Assembly: GCA_041644975.1 (NCBI GenBank)
Contig: JBAZQX010000002.1
Span: 20,603-84,602 of the forward strand
Length of the DNA stretch: 64,000 bases
DNA from: Candidatus Doudnabacteria bacterium
Lineage (GTDB): Bacteria > Patescibacteriota > JAQUNI01
Reading direction: 5' to 3'
Under the pieces are notes generated by a model. The model was given only the letters and a program-made list of their open reading frames with translations, was not told where the DNA came from and ran no database searches. Position 1 is the stretch's first letter. Each line of letters begins with the position of its first letter. Positions 61,631 to 64,000 of the stretch are shown here, in pieces. The position numbers and the translations under genes were made by a program.

Positions 61631-63001
61631 GTGATAAAGATGGAGATGTTTAGTGGTTTTGATTTTTCGGAATACGGGCCACTCTCCAAGTTTGGGCAGC
61701 ATCCGAAATTTGAAAGCTCGTTTAAAAAATGGCGGCGAAGGTTGCTCAATGGGCAATCCTCTAATGTTGTCAAATTAGCTGATATTCCGAAATTAGGGGG
61801 TGTTTATCTTATCCCAAGGGATCAATATATAGAGATTGTTGATGGATTCGGGGATACGATCGCTATTGGAAGTCCTGGCAATGCTATGTTTCCGTTTAGC
61901 TCTTACGATTTTTTTGGAGACATCTATGAGGATGAGTATTTTCAGGAGCTTCTTGAGCAACCGTTCTTCCGCTTAGGAAAAATCAGTCAGCTCGGATATC
62001 TAGTTCCACCAAAGCCCGAGAGTTGGAAACTAAACGTTTCCATAATTTATCCCGCTCCTTATTTTGTCCATACTCGGTGGGCCCATTCAAGATTAGTTGC
62101 CTTTTTAATGGAGGTGATTCTTGCTAAGCATGGCTATACAGATGAAGAGCGGCTTCCTGTTGTTTTAACTGCTGCTTATCATGATGTTGCTACGCCGGCG
62201 GGTGGGGATTCGGTCAAAAGAGTGGATGCTGAAGGTCTTAATGAAGAAGAGAATTTTGAATGGGTGCTAAGGCATTATGATTTGGTCCAAAAATGGTCTG
62301 ATAAGTATGGGTTTGATATAGAAAAAGCAAAACAATGGGTAAAGGGTATCGGGCTCTTTGGTAGACTCTTGGATATTATAGATAGAGTAGCCTATACGGC
62401 ATTGGACTGTTATTACGTGGGGTCTAGTCGTCCTTGCAAGCTTAGATTCCTTGGGCTAGAAAATCCTTTAACTCTGGATGTGTGGCAAGATTTAAAATTT
62501 AATGATGATCGCAATGACTTTGCTTTTACGGACCCAAACAGATTGTTCAAATTTTTACTCTTTAGGGCGTATGAGCACGAAGAGCTCTTGATGAATCCGT
62601 ATTCTAGGGCACTGGATTTTTTTCTACAAAAGCTAGTCCAACCTCTATATAAAACGGGAATGATTACCCGGGAACAGCTTCTTTTGGGGGATGATGAGTG
62701 GTTATATGGAGTATTTAAAGAACATTATCCAAATAAAAACTTGTGGGCCTTTATTGAGCCAGAGATTATAAGCTGGAAAAAGTTTGACAGTTTAGAGGGG
62801 CTTCAGAGGTTTTGTTTTGGAGATGAAACAATAGATCACGTAGAGCAGATCAAGGGTTTTGATACTGGTTTGGGTCTTGGAGTATATAGCGGTGAGAAGA
62901 TTGTGTCCGTCAGAGAATTGCTGACGGAGGATCAGATTGAGGAGTTGGAAGAAATCAATAAGCAGGTAAAAGGATATTATGCTTATTGGATAAAAGAGTA
63001 A
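61631..63001 (+). CDS. HD-domain protein, SAMHD1/dNTP triphosphohydrolase-like
   Basis: RL..ISQLG, HTRWAHS, YHDV, DRVAY..LD. Confidence 0.75.
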   Translation: MIKMEMFSGFDFSEYGPLSKFGQHPKFESSFKKWRRRLLNGQSSNVVKLADIPKLGGVYLIPRDQYIEIVDGFGDTIAIGSPGNAMFPFSSYDFFGDIYEDEYFQELLEQPFFRLGKISQLGYLVPPKPESWKLNVSIIYPAPYFVHTRWAHSRLVAFLMEVILAKHGYTDEERLPVVLTAAYHDVATPAGGDSVKRVDAEGLNEEENFEWVLRHYDLVQKWSDKYGFDIEKAKQWVKGIGLFGRLLDIIDRVAYTALDCYYVGSSRPCKLRFLGLENPLTLDVWQDLKFNDDRNDFAFTDPNRLFKFLLFRAYEHEELLMNPYSRALDFFLQKLVQPLYKTGMITREQLLLGDDEWLYGVFKEHYPNKNLWAFIEPEIISWKKFDSLEGLQRFCFGDETIDHVEQIKGFDTGLGLGVYSGEKIVSVRELLTEDQIEELEEINKQVKGYYAYWIKE

Positions 63002-63249
63002 AAGGTTGGGGCAGTGCTAAGGGAAACAAAATTTGTTTCCCTTTTTATTTTATTTTTATTATTTAAATGTATTTAACATTTATAAAAGATAGATTGTTAA
63101 ATTTTTCCTTTATTTTATCCCAGTCTACTTTTTTAAATGTGTCTAGTAAGGGGAGCCTTTGAAGACCATCTGGAATGGAATGATTTTTGAACTTTCTTTA
63201 ATCCTTCAAATTGAGGTATAATGAAAGGCATAAAGGTTAGCCTCATTAA

Positions 63250-64000
63250 ATGAGAAATAGTATTTTGAATAAAAATTTTTTAATCATTGTCATAGGTTTA
63301 TTCTTTTTGGTTTTGGGTGCGTTTTTATTTCTCTCTCAATCTGTATTTGAAGGCAACAAACGGTCTGTAGAAAATGTTCCTGATAATCCTGCGAGTAAAA
63401 TTTGTCAAAAAATTTTACAGCCTGAAGATGCCTATTCTTGTTTAGCAGTAGTTAATGCCGATGGTAGTTTTTGTCAGAAGATAGAACAAATAGAAGAAAA
63501 AAATCTTTGTTTGGCCTTGGCTGATAAAGATCTATTTTTTTGTCGGAAAATTAAAGATCAAGAGGCTAAAAAAATTTGCTACTACGAGTTAAGTTTTGAG
63601 GTTAGAGATATTAGTTATTGTGACGAACTTGAAGATTGGGAAAAATGTTATTTTTCTTTTGTTCACAAACTTTATTGGCAGGAAAGATCTGATGAAATTC
63701 AGGCTGAATATTGTGAAAAAATTAGTAATAATGCCGGCGGAGACATGGCTTTTAGAAATACTTGCTGGGCACTAAAGGCAGGTGATGTCTCTCTTTGCCA
63801 GGGAAATGAGCATTGTCTTTCATTTTTTAAACAGCCACTTTCTTTTTGCGACACTACTAAATCCAAAGGTAAATCTGACTGCCTGCGCGACCGAGCTTTA
63901 ACTGCCAAAGATACCTCTATTTGTGAAAAGATAGATGATATATATTTTAGGGATAATTGTTATAGTAGTTATTCTGCTCATATTTTGCCAGACCTTTCTC
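63250..64000 (+). CDS. Membrane-anchored Cys-repeat protein (3'-truncated, not in track)
   Basis: MRNSILNKNFLIIVIGLFF.. then repeated D-x3-C-x2-I...C units; frame open to window end. Confidence 0.8.
   Translation, partial: MRNSILNKNFLIIVIGLFFLVLGAFLFLSQSVFEGNKRSVENVPDNPASKICQKILQPEDAYSCLAVVNADGSFCQKIEQIEEKNLCLALADKDLFFCRKIKDQEAKKICYYELSFEVRDISYCDELEDWEKCYFSFVHKLYWQERSDEIQAEYCEKISNNAGGDMAFRNTCWALKAGDVSLCQGNEHCLSFFKQPLSFCDTTKSKGKSDCLRDRALTAKDTSICEKIDDIYFRDNCYSSYSAHILPDLS

Overview
Core chromosome of a Patescibacteria/CPR-type bacterium (Parcubacteria-like). This is inferred from the gene set, the AT-rich leaders that mostly lack an SD, the UvrC without HhH and the basic RpoD N-terminus; the genetic code is standard. 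Housekeeping genes: ftsK 3' end, pyrG, recA, efp, rpsF-ssb-rpsR, trpS, rnj, secG, uvrC, uvrA, groES/EL with CIRCE, pyk, dnaG-rpoD. There are three tRNAs (Leu-CAG, Ser-GGA, Asn-GTT), a ~15 kb surface-glycan cluster and an accessory block after tRNA-Ser. The unusual content is non-coding. (1) A four-helix-bundle gene sits between inverted arrays of 7-nt repeats, and 'empty' heptamer hairpins of the same design occur at many gene junctions. (2) A GIY-YIG gene is bracketed by a duplicated 5' half of tRNA-Asn. (3) Several families of small palindromic elements nest in each other, often insert without target duplication, and twice insert in frame into proteins. No CRISPR, rRNA, transposase, integrase or RT was seen. 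All assignments come from reading the sequence; no database search was run.
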